A DNA stretch of 64,000 bases from Balanoglossus misakiensis (Eukaryota > Animalia > Hemichordata). The notes beneath the pieces were generated by a model. It had not been told where the DNA came from. It was given only the letters and a program-made list of their open reading frames with translations, and did not search any database. A program made the translations under genes and the position numbers. The first letter of the stretch is position 1, and each line of letters opens with the position of its first letter. Below are positions 15,872-29,048 of the stretch, piece after piece. Where the stretch lies: assembly GCA_040954595.2 (NCBI GenBank), contig CM082579.2, forward strand, positions 988,922 through 1,052,921, given 5' to 3'.

Positions 15872-18335
15872 ATGGCGACAGGAGATATGAAAAATAATTT
15901 ACGTAAACTGCGAGTTCAGTTACGGCAAATGAAGTACCCAGCTGAAGTGGAGAAAGGGATCATCGATGGAAGTGTGTCTTGTATTCTACCTATTTGGCAT
16001 TTTGCTTTCCTGGAATATTCACGTCCTGTTGCAGAGTTGATTTCTTCATCTAATCTGACACTCTATGGAAAATCAGATCTCAGATTTGTTGAAACAGTTT
16101 TCAAAGTAAGTTGTCTACAATTACAAGAGGATAAGTAGCAGTAAAAGTCATCCCAGTTTCAGAAATCTTATGTCAGTTTGGCTTGATCAGAAGATGAATA
16201 CTTTTTTCTGTAAACAAAAGTGTATAACTTTATACTTTAACTTTCTCTCCAGATCCTGAGAGATATCTTCAGTTACAAGCCAACATTAACAAAAGACCAA
16301 ATTATGACACCTGGATTTGTGGAAAGAAAGATCATTATCACTTGTGATATTTTAGCTGCAGTAAAACAACGCCACCAAAGTCTTAATAGAGGCTCTAAGA
16401 CATCCACAAGGCAAAAGATGTCTGTAAGATCTAAAGTCCCAAGATCATTGCAAACAACAACACTTGCAGGTAATGATCAGAATTTTATCCTGGCAAACAG
16501 TGAATGCATTTCAGAAACTTAAGGATGCTCATCTTTTTCATTAAAAGGATGGAGCTTTCTGAACCAGAGAAGTCAATTCTGCTATATAGTATAGTATAGT
16601 ATAGTATGTTGTATCTTATGTCATCTCTTTTCACTCAGACTCAACCTTCGCTCCTAAAGAGCATGACAATAGCTCGTCGCTTAGGAATCAACAGATACCT
16701 CCAGTTATGGTCGTCAAAGCTATCGACTCAGGCATTGGAAAGAAAGTCGCAGCTGCAGAGAAACCCACAAGTTCTCAGGCTGAAGGTGGAGAACACAGAC
16801 CTGATGATGGCTACAGGAGTTCGAACATGACTCCAGAACCCATTGAGATAGAAGCTATGGTTAGCATATAGCTCACTATAAAAGTAAAACCTGTCTAAAC
16901 TAAAGAAATTGTTCAGTTTGCAGAGGTGTTTAGTTTATAAAGTTCTGAGAACATTTAGTTCTATATAAAAGTGAGTGGTAAAGGTGTAACTGTTCAGTAA
17001 AGTTTTCTGTATCTTGATCTATTGCCAGACTGCCAATACAGAGAGAAGATTGACAGAACTGGAGGCAGCCACTGAGAGGAAATTTGCTGAGCTTAATGAG
17101 AGAATGACCAGGATTGAAGAGAAATTGGCTGAAATGGCATCAGCTGGAGATAACGAAATAAGAGACAACTCAGCTGCCAATGATTACAATTTGGAGTCAA
17201 TTCTGGGAAGACTGACTCTGGTTGAGTCACGAATCCATTTGCTTCAATCACAGGTTGGTTATTTTGAATTCGAGGAGATTCTGATACCAATGTTGTGCAC
17301 ACATGTAATGGATGGCTGAATAAACCAAACCTGTTTATTATTTACTAAACAATATGTGGTTTTGGTGGGGGCATGTTCACCCTTCATGGATTATTGCATT
17401 TCTTTGTGCTTTGTTCAGAATCCCAGTGGTATTGGAACATTGCCTGCAGTAAAAACGGAATCAAGAACAGTGACAACATCATCTAAGCCTTCTCTTGTAC
17501 AAGGAGAACCTGTGGGTAAGATTTGAATTTTAGTTAATATGTACATATGTTGGTATGGAACAATGAAACCGAATTCCCCTCTTTAAGATTTTGGGACCAG
17601 ATACAGACACTAGTGTTAAAACAGGATTCATGTAATTTTATCTACAGATATTATAACGATTACAGCTACCTCAGCACAGAATGATGTCATTTCCTCCCAG
17701 CGTCTAGAAGACTCTACATTGTGTGCAGAAGTGAGCAGCACTTCACCTGTGAAAAGAAAGACGACTGACACAGAAGTAACTTCAACAGCTTCTGATGACT
17801 TGGCGTCTGAGGCTGTAGCAGCAGTTGCTATAGCAACATCACCAAGTGCTCCCGCAGTAGACTCTGCAAGTGTTGAAGACTCGGCCATTGCAGTGGATGT
17901 CATCAGCACAACATCCCACCTTGCAGAAGGAGTGTCATCTACAGTCCACCAGACAATGCTGTCCAGGCACGGAGTTCTCAGTGCAGATGATGGCAATCCA
18001 AGTAGCCCAATAAGTCTGCCTGATGACTATAACTTTGGACGTGATGTTGATAAAACGATTGGGAAGGTTGACCGACTGTTTAAGATGTAAGTAGCAGCTT
18101 TATACATTGAAATGAAACCTGACTGAAGCAAACTCTGCTTCACTCATAGGGGAAACCTTTGCATGCTCCATAATCCATGGACAGTGGCACATCTGCAAAC
18201 CAAGCAATTACCCAGAAGCCAAGCCAAGATATAAAGACTGAAATATTTTTTTTTTTTCATTGCAGGTTGAAGGACACCCAGGGGATGCTTGGGATGAACA
18301 CAAGTCTAACAAAAGAGGACACTTCATTAGATTAA
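15872..18335 (+). CDS. CEP44: Centrosomal protein of 44 kDa, about 500 aa
   Basis: Exons 15872-16105, 16253-16469, 16639-16859, 17029-17253, 17419-17515, 17648-18086, 18266-18335, in continuous frame. The N-terminus MATGDMKNNLRKL...YSRPVAE...LYGKSDLRFVETVFKILRDIFSYKPTLTKDQIMTPGFVERK is diagnostic. There is also a central coiled coil. Confidence 0.92.
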
Positions 18336-19189
18336 TTGTCAATTCTGCTGCCTTCCAATATAATTAAACTCTGAATAACTTTAATTAGGTTGTGAAGTGA
18401 TATTTAGGGGGAGACATAAGAAATGGCAAGTGCTGAGCAAGGTTTTCAAATTCCTGGCAAGTCCTGGAAATCCTTTGATTTACTTTTGGAAAACCCTGGA
18501 AATTTATTCTGCTACCCATACTGCCTCAGTGTGTCAATTATCATAAAAAACATTGGCAGTCTTACTCCAAGAAAAATTTCGTTTTTGATCAAGAATTCTT
18601 CTGTACAACCACTGAGCAAAATTCCAAAAGAATGACTTTGTATAATTTACTTTTTTTTTTTCGTTTTTTTTTCTCTCTGATTTAGTCTCTTGTGAAACTT
18701 TCATATCCACAAATGAAGGGCTTCAGAATTAAACATTATTGCTATATGAGATATGCTGTACAGTTATGCTAGCAAACAAATGAAAAAGTTTCGTATATTT
18801 TCAATATATTTAAAACTAACATTGTAAACAAGTTCAATCAAAAGTATTTGTTATTTATATGAAGAATGGATTGTAAAATATTACCAATTGCATAACTAAT
18901 AAAATGTGATTACATTTCATGAAGTTCAGACAACTTTTTGTGAGAATTGCCTTTAATGTTTGTGTGTTTGTGTATCTACTAAATCATTCCAAGCTGTTAT
19001 ACAAATTTCTACACAAGTGTCTTTAAAAACCTGCCCCCAAAATGATGTTACCAGATGTAATCTAAACGTATGTAAAGGATAATGTAGATCGGAGATCAAT
19101 ATCTGATTCACAACACAGTTCACATAATCTGACTTACAACACTAGCGTTAGGAGGACAACATCTGTGATCTTAGTATGCTAAGCAACGT

Positions 19190-20880
19190 CTTAATTAAAG
19201 CAATCAACCACAAACGTCACAAAATGCACCTGGTGAATGATGAGTTTCGATTGGATAATTGAAAGCCAGTTTAATCGACAGGTGGTCAGTGAGGAGCCAC
19301 TTCCATCATTCGATTCTCCATCTTTGACGGACAAACATCATGGCTGAAAGAAGTGACCTATTTGTCACCCACAACAATTTCCGACAACCGCGTGAAAGTG
19401 AAGGTCATGACTGTGACGATATGGACTGGATTTTCCAAATTTTGGTAGCCTCTAAGATGATGTACATAAGCCAACGGTCATGGAAAGTGACTTGACGAAA
19501 ATCGAGGGTGCCTCTTCTCCATGCTTGCAGCCGGGCCCGTTGCGCATATCCTCAACAGTAAGTAACAGGTTTCTGTCATTTTTTCTCGAAACATTTAGAT
19601 TTAAAGTTATTCTATTGATAATGAATTTTCGATTGTGTGCCAGGAAGGTTCAGGTTCGACAAAAAAAATTGAACCGCCAGGCAAAATCGTGTGCGAGGTA
19701 GAAATGAAACCCCCGACCTAAGGTCGAGCCTAGCACAGAGAAAGATGGCCGAACCAAGTATATGAACCTAGAAGTATAATAGAACGTTCATTTTCGTTAT
19801 AGTTGCTTAACACCTTATATATTGGAGTTAACATACATAACTTTTAGTAATTTTTATCGAGAAGTAAAAGCATCGCAAAAAGGAGGGTCAGAAAATGAGG
19901 CGGTCCCAGAAACGCCCGCAAAATGTGAACTTTGTTTCAGTGTAAGATCAAACATCGATGCAAATGACCGATTTTGTGCACACAAGTATAATAGAAAATT
20001 CATTTTCGATATAGTTGCCTAACACCTTATATATTGGAGTTAACATACATAGCTGAAGGTAATTTTTATCGAGAAAAAAAACATCGAAAAAATGGTCGGA
20101 AAATAAGGCGGTCCCAGAAACGCCCGCAAAATGTGTTTGTTTCTGAGATCAAACATCGATGCAAATGACCGATTTTGTGCACACAAGTATAATAGAAAAT
20201 TCATTTTCGATATAGTTGCCTAACACCTTATATATTGGAGTTAACATACATAGCTTTAGGTAATTTTTATCGAGGAAAAAACATCGAAAAAAGGGTCGGA
20301 AAATAAGGCGGTCCCAGAAACGCCCGCAAAATGTGTTTGTTTCAGTGTAAAATCAAACGATGCAAATAACCGATTTTGTGCACACAAGTATAATAGAAAA
20401 TTCATTTTTGATATAGTTGCCTAACACCTTATATATTGGAGTTAACATACATAGCTTTAGGTAATTTTTATCGAGGAAAAAAACATCAGAAACGCCCGCA
20501 AAATGTGTATGCCCACAATCCACAGTTGAAAATTACAATGCCCGTGAGTGCTACAAGAAGCGATTTGATACGCAAAATGTGCACTTCCCTTGTCTTTAAA
20601 AACATGTCGAATGAATTTAATGTACTGACTTGAAATATATATACTTGAAACATAACTAACATATCGGGAAAAATCATAGTAGACAGTAGAGCGACTGCCG
20701 CTTGCTTCCAAGGAAAAAGCGCAACTCTAAGATGGTCACATGACCATAATGCGCATCCTATAGCTAATCTTCTCGTTCACACGTCCGAACAATAGGCAAT
20801 TCCCAACCGTCTTTCTTGAGGAACTGTGGCCCGACAATGCCACAGGGGGCTGCAAACATTAAAGTTATAAATGTGAGAAT
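19190..20880. mobile_element. Probable non-autonomous transposon-derived segment carrying the tandem repeat (boundaries approximate)
   Basis: A non-coding block, richer in CpG than its flanks, lying between the 3' ends of CEP44 and EPHX2. No convincing TIR or TSD was found. Confidence 0.35.
19772..20508. repeat. Tandem repeat, about 200-bp unit, about 3.6 copies
   Basis: The motif aagtataatagaa...tagttgcctaacaccttatatattggagttaacatacata recurs at 19772, 19984, 20185 and 20386 (spacings 212, 201, 201). The last copy has an internal deletion. Confidence 0.95.
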
Positions 20881-21197
20881 CTTTGACAGACATGACCACA
20901 GACACGAGTTTCCAACCGCACCAATTTTACCAGCAGAAACGAACTACTTTTGTGTGTGTAGATGATACATATAATATTTTTATTCATGTGTTTTATTAAC
21001 TCAAAAATATGCCATTAGTACTACTATGTAAATACATCAGACCATTTTCATAACTATAATTCAAACCTCTCATTGGCAGCATTTACATAATATAAACCAG
21101 TACTCTTATTTCTGATCTGGGCATAGCATGATATTAATTTATAAAGTGGGCCCTTTTTTTCCATTAAACCCTTCTGTGAAATACATCAACACTTGAG

Positions 21198-24100
21198 TTA
21201 CAACATTGCTTTCAGTAGATTGGCAGATCTGCGATGTACTTTATGCAACCATCCAATCAAGATTTGATTCAGCTCTCGGGGTCTGTAAAAAAAGATGACA
21301 ATTGTAAAGTCAAGAATGATGATATCTGGACAGATTTTGAGTGACAACTATTCAAATATGGAGCAAAATGTTTCATTTCACCATACCCTGAAATTTGCAG
21401 TAACAGCAGAAAAACCAATTGCTGAATTGAATAAGGAAAAGTTGTTGTTTAAACTTACTTCTCCCTTTGGACCCAATGTCCACAATCCAGGTTTGCTCTT
21501 GTTAGATTTGGAACCTGTGACAGGAGAAAGTTTGTCAAATGAATGCTGTAACTTGCAAGACAATAAAGCCATAATATATTTATGAAAGTATGATGTATGA
21601 TTACGAGGGTTAAAAACAGCATAAAATCCCTGATTGGCTAGATCTCAATTTGCCGTGGTAACTGTAGCTTAATTTACATAGGTGACTGTACACGTTTAAA
21701 TTGCAGTGCAAAGTCTACTCACCAGTCTTTCCATGTTTTCAGAGAGTTGTGGTGACAAGACACTATCATAGGTTGCTGTCACCATCAAAGATGGAACTGT
21801 AACCTTTCTTGTAGGATTTCTTAATCTCCATTTCCAATTAGTTTCAAAATTACGATACCAGTTCAAAGGACCTCTGAAATAAAAAACAAAAGGGCTGCGT
21901 TGAAAAACTAAACACTGAGGAAAATGTTTATGTTTTACAGAATAGAACAAGACAGCACAGTTAATACGAAAAACAAAAGTATTGAGAAAATAGCCCAAAT
22001 AAAAAGTCACATTTAGCGTACTTTGTGAAAGTAATAACTATAAACATATTTGGTATTAGTATCTGTATCTACAAAGTATAAAATCTTACCTGAGCCCAGA
22101 CTTCTTAAATTGTTGAACATAGAAATCAACATCAGTTTGTGTCATGTTAAGTGGGCAAGCTGGTTTTTCTGGTAAGCCTACAAGAAGACCACCTGTGTAT
22201 AGTTTTAAAAGAGAGTCAGAAAATATATACATGGGTAATAATGGTTTAACTGATACTAATTTTGACTCATTACATATAATCAAAGCAAAAGAATACTACT
22301 GTAGATCTGCATTGAAACTCCTGGTTACCTCTTTCCCTGACATTAGCTGTGGGTGAAGCTAAATTTGGTTTTCCAGATGTGCTTTTGTGACTCTGTTGGG
22401 AAGAGTTTCAGAATGGTGTTAACATTTCATGGATGAATGGAAGGACAATTGGAAGAATACATTGCATTCATCAAAATGTTTTTCTCCACTAATACATTCT
22501 GAATGGATGCTTACTGAAAGGTCATACTCAAAAAAATATGATAGTTATGGATAAAATGTGCTTACCAGTTTTGGATCATAGTCAGTAAATACACCAAAAA
22601 TGTTCTTTATGAATCTGTCAAGGTCCTTTTCCAGCTCAGCTTCTGCTACACCCTGTAAATTTATGTTAAGCATGTGCTAATACATTCAGACCTCTAAACT
22701 AATAAAAAGAAACTCTTGGTATGTAAACAATTGTTTGCTTTATTTTAATTACAAGTCCTGGTATAAAAATTAGCTTAAAAACTGATTTCTACCTAAATAA
22801 GACATGATATTAAATTGTTTAAAACATGGTACTTACAGGTTCTTGGAAGTACAGCTGATAATCTAATACACCAGGGTTTTCATACATTCCTACCAAAGGA
22901 TTTCTACGTGGGTTGACTGGAAATAATGGGGTGTTGAGACCAGCTATGGCTCTGTCAAGATATAACAGTCTATGTCAGTTCTGGTTTCAGAGTTGGTGCT
23001 GTCTTTGCCTTTGCTGATCATTTTTCTGTTCTGTTCTCTGTCTCGGTATGTACCCGCCACTCTTCCGAACATAACAGCTAATTAATTTATAATCAGATTG
23101 AGTTACCGATAGACACCTACCTGGCTCTGTCAGGGTAAAATAGTCCCATCATCCATACAATAGCACCACCCCAATCATGACCAATAAAAGTTGCATCAGT
23201 AATACCCTGCAAAAGGTGTTGTCAATACTATACAGATTGATATAATATTTGATCTGTATCAGATCAGACAATTTACAAGTTACCCTCCCTCCCTCCCACT
23301 CTCTCTTTTGCTTTGTATCATCACATAACTTACCAGAGTATTCAGCAGATCGATTAAATCCTACAAAATGAAAACAAAAAAAGCATTTTATGAGAAAAGA
23401 AAACAGGAACTAGATGGTGCCACATATCGAACACTGGCAGAAAAAAAAGCATTAACATATTTCCTCAAACTTCAGACCACAATGACTCTAAGCCAATATC
23501 AGGCACATCATATATTGTAATTTCTGAAATTGACATTTTTTTGATCTTGTATACATTTATTGCACATTTGACACTTACATTACAAATCTTCTCATGTGAA
23601 TAATCTTGAATTTCTGAAAGGAAGACAAGCAGATGAAATTTATACAACTTTTATTATTTCTAAGGTGGACAATTCAATCTGAGCAAAAACTTGTTTACTT
23701 ATATAATTTATCAGCGTATCTTCATTAAGAATACAGTTGTCATTGTAAATGCATACACTTCATGGTTTGACACTAAATCAAGCATATAATGAGGTGACAA
23801 GCTTTATTTGATGCTATACAGTACCTGGTGGGCTTGATGAATCTCCATATCCTCTCATATCCGGTACGATTACTCTGTATCCTGCCAAAGCTAATGCCGG
23901 AATCTGAATTAAAAATGACACAAGTCAGAAACTTATCAAAACATGACAGTACTCACTGCATGACTAGGGTCAGACTTGTTTAGTCCAGGTACAAAGAGTT
24001 TTTTTATTTGGCCTGTCATTTGAGCTTGAGTTAAATGGTAGAATGGATACGTTTCCAAGCCCTGTGGTCAGTTGCAGCTATCACTATTTGACACACTCCA

Positions 24101-26150
24101 TTCCCCAGTATTTTTTTTCTGTCTGTACTAAACCTGGGCAGATTAATATCAACAAATGTGTACTGTGAGTGACTGACCTGATATCTCCATGAATACCAAG
24201 ACTCTGGGAATCCATGGCAACAGATCACAACTGGTCCTTCACCCATCTCAACAAAATGGATTTGATTACCATCCTAAAATAGTCATGAACAAACAAACCA
24301 ATAATTGGTTATTTCATACAATCATTCATAAATTGTTATTAACAGTAGCAGCCCCCCAAAAACTATTTCTTGATCATCAGTGACATCATGCCAAATTCTG
24401 ATGATTGTTTTAAAACAAAGAAACATGGAAACAAATCATACAAACTCACCCTTGTCTTAATATAGGAGTGACACACTGTCTCAGGTTTGACTGCTAGTGG
24501 TGGTTGTTCTTCAAACACCTGTACAGAAAATAATCCAGGATATCATTACAAGATGACTTTTTTAAACAGACAATATTTAGTGAAAGAGATGACAAATCAG
24601 TTTGATTACAGACATATGGAGGGTAGTCAGTTGTTATAATTTCTCAATGGCTGATATCAATCAATTCACCCTATGTTGTACAACTCTTTCTTGTCCAATT
24701 ATGACATGGAATAGATTTGAGTTTGTTACAACTCACATCAACTTGTGTTACTTGTTGTAGTTCTTTCAGAGCAGTTGTTGGATCTTGCACTTTGATAGTG
24801 TGTATTCCCATCTCACGGGCTGGCTTCAGATTTGTTCCGATATCATCCAAAAACACTGCCTAGGTGGAAAATGGTGACACATTAAGTCATACTGGCAATA
24901 CTCATGGTAGAAAATGATAATGATTGGGCCTTGAAAAGCCATACCAAAAAAAACCTGACTTCATTGACTTCAAAATGACAATTTACATTCGTAAAGACAG
25001 TGTCATGGTAACTGACTCACCTCTGAGGGCTCTACACCCATGGCATCACATGCTATTTTAAAAATCTCAGGAGACGGTTTCCGTATACCAACTCTGCAGG
25101 ATTCTATAACATGATCTGCATAATGTCTGAGTACCACCATAAAGTTAGAATTCAACTCTCTGTCATGCACATCATTTATGAAGTTGTTGGTCACAATGCA
25201 CGTCTTAAAACCTGTATGTGAACATAAAAATGACATTTGGACAATAAGGCACAGTTAGTGGTGTGTTTCAATACAGTGCAGAATAGAGCAGTACAGTGTG
25301 TATAGTTCAGTACAGTCATGTTGTGCAGTGCAGTTTGTACAGAACATTAGTATGATGGTCTTCCTCTTACCATTCTTCCGAAGAGCTAACAATGCTTGCA
25401 ACATGCTTGGCACCACTTTGGTGTCAGTCATTGACATGAACATCTTGTGCGGATCGAACTCTTTAGGAATTGTCAGATTGGCTTCCTTAAGAGCCAGTTC
25501 CACTTCTTTCTTATATTCACCAAAAAACTGAAAACAGCACAAAAACAGAGAGATTTAAATTAAATATTCCGATTATTCCATTTTTCAACTTTGTGAAAGC
25601 ACCCTGGTTTGCCTCATCATGGTTGTGATTTAAAAGGTGATTTTTCAAGTGATGGTAAAAAACACTGTCGTCAAAGTTTGACTACTTTAACCACACATAT
25701 ATATATTACCTCTGTTACTGTAAGTTCTCCTCTTTCCATTTTACAGAATGCATTGTTTGGTCTGCCTTTGATCATAACAGCTTCAAGGAAATGTCTGTAG
25801 AAATAATGAGAAATGCTCGCATGATGATGATGATGGCAATGGTGGTCGTGGAACAGCAATGATAATCAATATCATGATATACAAACATAATTTAATTCTC
25901 TAAAGGAGTACTTGACAGTGTTACCCAGACCTTTCTCAGACCATGGACGTTTACTTTTACGCCCATGTTCAGATAGCAGTACTATGTACAATACACTTGT
26001 CAATGGGGTCGACAGTTTGTTTACACTTGTCGATTGTCCAAAGTTCGCCTACCTTGGCAATCCTAGAGACTCTCCATAACTCTGTATTCCCAATTGTGGT
26101 GGTGTTATAATTACTCCACCAATATCGAATATAACCGCTTTCTTCTTCAT
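21198..26150 (-). CDS. EPHX2: Soluble epoxide hydrolase, two-domain type (N-terminal HAD-like domain plus alpha/beta hydrolase), about 568 aa
   Basis: 18 exons: 26150-26053, 25794-25710, 25527-25371, 25211-25021, 24859-24737, 24518-24450, 24273-24178, 23903-23825, 23613-23579, 23360-23334, 23206-23121, 22951-22837, 22652-22566, 22392-22329, 22192-22090, 21873-21723, 21514-21459, 21282-21198 (1707 nt). Hydrolase motifs: [43 protein letters not shown] motifs: IFDIGGV, VTNN, RKP, FLDD. Confidence 0.96.
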
Positions 26151-26445
26151 ATCTCTATTCACAAACGCGAAAACCACGCTATGTTTTGTCGGGTCGGAAA
26201 TTCGTCTGCAAGCGGAAACAGCAGAAGACTTTTTCCGTCAAGAGGTGAACGTCGCGTCGCAAAGTATCAGGACAGTCCGACCATAATCCGTATTCGGAAA
26301 TTGGACCCCCGTCTAACACTGGTTCAAGTACCTGGATTCGTGAATCAGGTCAACCAACTTATAATTTACTGACATACATGTACATACACGGTGACAAAGA
26401 TAAGCTATCAGTTGCCAGTGTTGTGCACAGTGCCGTACCCTTTGA

Positions 26446-26493
26446 TGACCCGTTGACCTTTGACACCAGCTTTATAGGCGCTATCTAGCGGCC
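26446..26493. promoter_or_regulatory. Nuclear-receptor half-site cluster (DR2 plus DR1) and CTCF-like motif upstream of EPHX2
   Basis: TGACCC-gt-TGACCT-t-TGACAC at 26446-26466. GGCGCTATCTAGCGGCC at 26477-26493 (reverse complement GGCCGCTAGATAGCGCC). Confidence 0.4.
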
Positions 26494-29048
26494 TCTACGG
26501 AAATTCTTTTGTTTTTTACCTGCACTTTTTTTAATTTTAAAGCCATGTTTCGCATCAAAGACAATTTCAGAATCTTCACAAATCACACATTTTCATAAAT
26601 CTGAGTACCTGAAATTTACAGGCAGATAGTTTTTTTAATGGCCAAATAGCTTATGAAAGACAATTCCTATAAACCAGCCACACTATCTGTACCCCCACAC
26701 ATTTAAAAGAAATATGAATGAGACATAAAATTTTCTTAATATCTTTATTTTTAGTTATTCATAAATATAGGGAATAAAATACAAATTAATTACATATTGG
26801 CAGAACATGGTGACTTAAATGGAATGACACGTCGCCAAAGTAACAATCTGATTGACAAACTGTCTAACACCATTTAATTACTGTCAATGCAAATGTTTTC
26901 ACACATCACAGTACACTTCATTTCTTTATTCTTCTTTCATGGGTCTTAAGATTGATGACATACAATTTTCACAATTTGCATGAAGTGCTGATTGTCTCTA
27001 CAGGATCAGTTTGCAAAACAAATCTTGATAACATATCCTGTAATTCTGACTTGTTAAAACGTACGTTTACATCACAGAAAAACTTTAGTGAATTACGAAC
27101 TGGTGTAGTTTTGACAAGTGTATATATCAGCTTACACATGTCTATAATTTATCCAGCCTTGTTGTGATTCACTCACTCTTCAATGCATGTTGCCATGGAT
27201 ACTGATCATTTGAAAGTTTTCTTCCTATTGATTTCCATTTTGACTTCTTATACATGTATTAACAGTAATTCCCAAAGAAGAGTTCTGTTTGCACGTTGAA
27301 GGGTGACGACGTTTACATCGACTATATCATTCACACCATGAAAAATTGACAGACATTTTAAAACCATGAGTACTGTCACAAAACAGGCTGAAACTGATTT
27401 GGTTGTGAAGGACGGGGGCTCTACTACTAAAGGGGTATACGGTTATACACTACATTAAAAGGTCCATCATGTTTACAGGCTTAGAAGAAGGTTTCAATTT
27501 GGCCATTAAGGTTTAGAAGTCAGCCATGATTTGGAAATGCTTTCATACGGCTATCCGATTAGAGAATACTGTGGGTCTTATTTCTGTTTGGGTCAAAACA
27601 CTCCTTCCCACAATCTACCAACAAATCCCCCCCCCCCCCAACTGACTTAGGATGTGATTTCATGATTGCAGGGGAACTGATAAATGACATCCATATTTGC
27701 GCAAAAATAAATATATGAAACAGCCACACAAAACTGGCAATGTATGACTGAACAAGGTTGCTTCGTGACGCTACTACTGACATGAAAACCATAATTACAC
27801 TAGTGTAGATCTGTGTGGGATTTTGATTGTGTGACTCTGTTGCTATGGTTATCTTGATAGGCATGTTGAGAAAGGACTTGCAAATGTCTGGCAGTGGAAG
27901 GTCAGAACACCCTCTGGATTCGGTGATCAACAACATCAGTCGGTAGGTGATGAATAATTCACATCAATAGTTACATCTACTTTGAAGTTATTTGACATCT
28001 TTAAAATATTAAATATTTAGGCATTATGAAACTCACAACTGTCTAGAATGAAGTTGTACGACAACAATTATACAATTCTGTACAAATTTAAGACTTACAT
28101 AATACTCTCAAACCTGACATTCTGCCAGCTTTTATGTACATGTACAACAGCTGCTAAAATCACATTTCAAGTTAAAATCTCCCTCCCTATGAACTTTCAA
28201 GAAATAACTGTCTTCTCCATAAATTCATTCTGCCCCAAGTATATAGAAAAGTTTGGAGCACAATATCAAACAGCTACTTTATGTTTTCTTAGTTTTATCT
28301 TAAAGGAGCTGTTTCTGTTCACATCCCAATCAAGGACTACGACGTTTTTAATAAATCTGTATAGCTATAAACACAGAGGTCTATTATTGCTAAAATAACC
28401 AAAAATATCTCCTTTTCAGGGGACACTGGCATATTTAAAGCAAATCGTTTTTACAAGAAAAAATGACAAAACATATACCATATATTGGCACAACCTTAGA
28501 TAATTCTTCTAAGGTAAATTAATCGGCAAAATTGTTCCGGCAATGAATTTATTTCATGACGCCACTGAAATGTCTTCTTGTCTACTTGTGAATGTTCACG
28601 CATTCCACAGCTGTTAACATAAGTCACATGATCAGACTCTTTACAGTACTAGGAGTCAAGGCTTCTGCATTCCAGTGACTTGATTTCAAAAGAACACAAT
28701 TTTCTAAAACCTAAAAATGTGACGCAGTTCATCATTTGGAGTCAAGTCGTATTGAGGTTAAGAACTCCAACAAAACAAAGTCACTTTTTGGCAGTATCAC
28801 TCTTAGAGCAATATTCATCAAAATATGAGAAGTAAAATTAAGTCTTTGTACATTTACCAAGGTTCATATCCTCTACATGGACACCATATTTCATAGAAAT
28901 CTTCTGCAAAACTGTCTTTGCATCTCATTCTCCTATTTGTCCTCTGGTTCTATCTTACAACATTGTTTCTTTACAGTTAGAAGTCCATAAGTCCATAAGT
29001 ACCATCATTGGTCAATAATTGGCAGCGTCTCTCCCTCAGAAGGAACAT

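Noticed and set aside
17628-17996. Antisense 122-aa ORF over a CEP44 exon
   Set aside because: A shadow of Ser/Ala/Thr-rich coding sequence.
19772-20508. CRISPR-like array
   Set aside because: Whole ~200-bp units repeat without unique spacers, the context is eukaryotic, and there are no cas genes.
18941-20806. tgagaattgcct / aggcaattccca as TIRs of the repeat-containing element
   Set aside because: Only about 12 bp with a mismatch and no TSD, which is compatible with chance.
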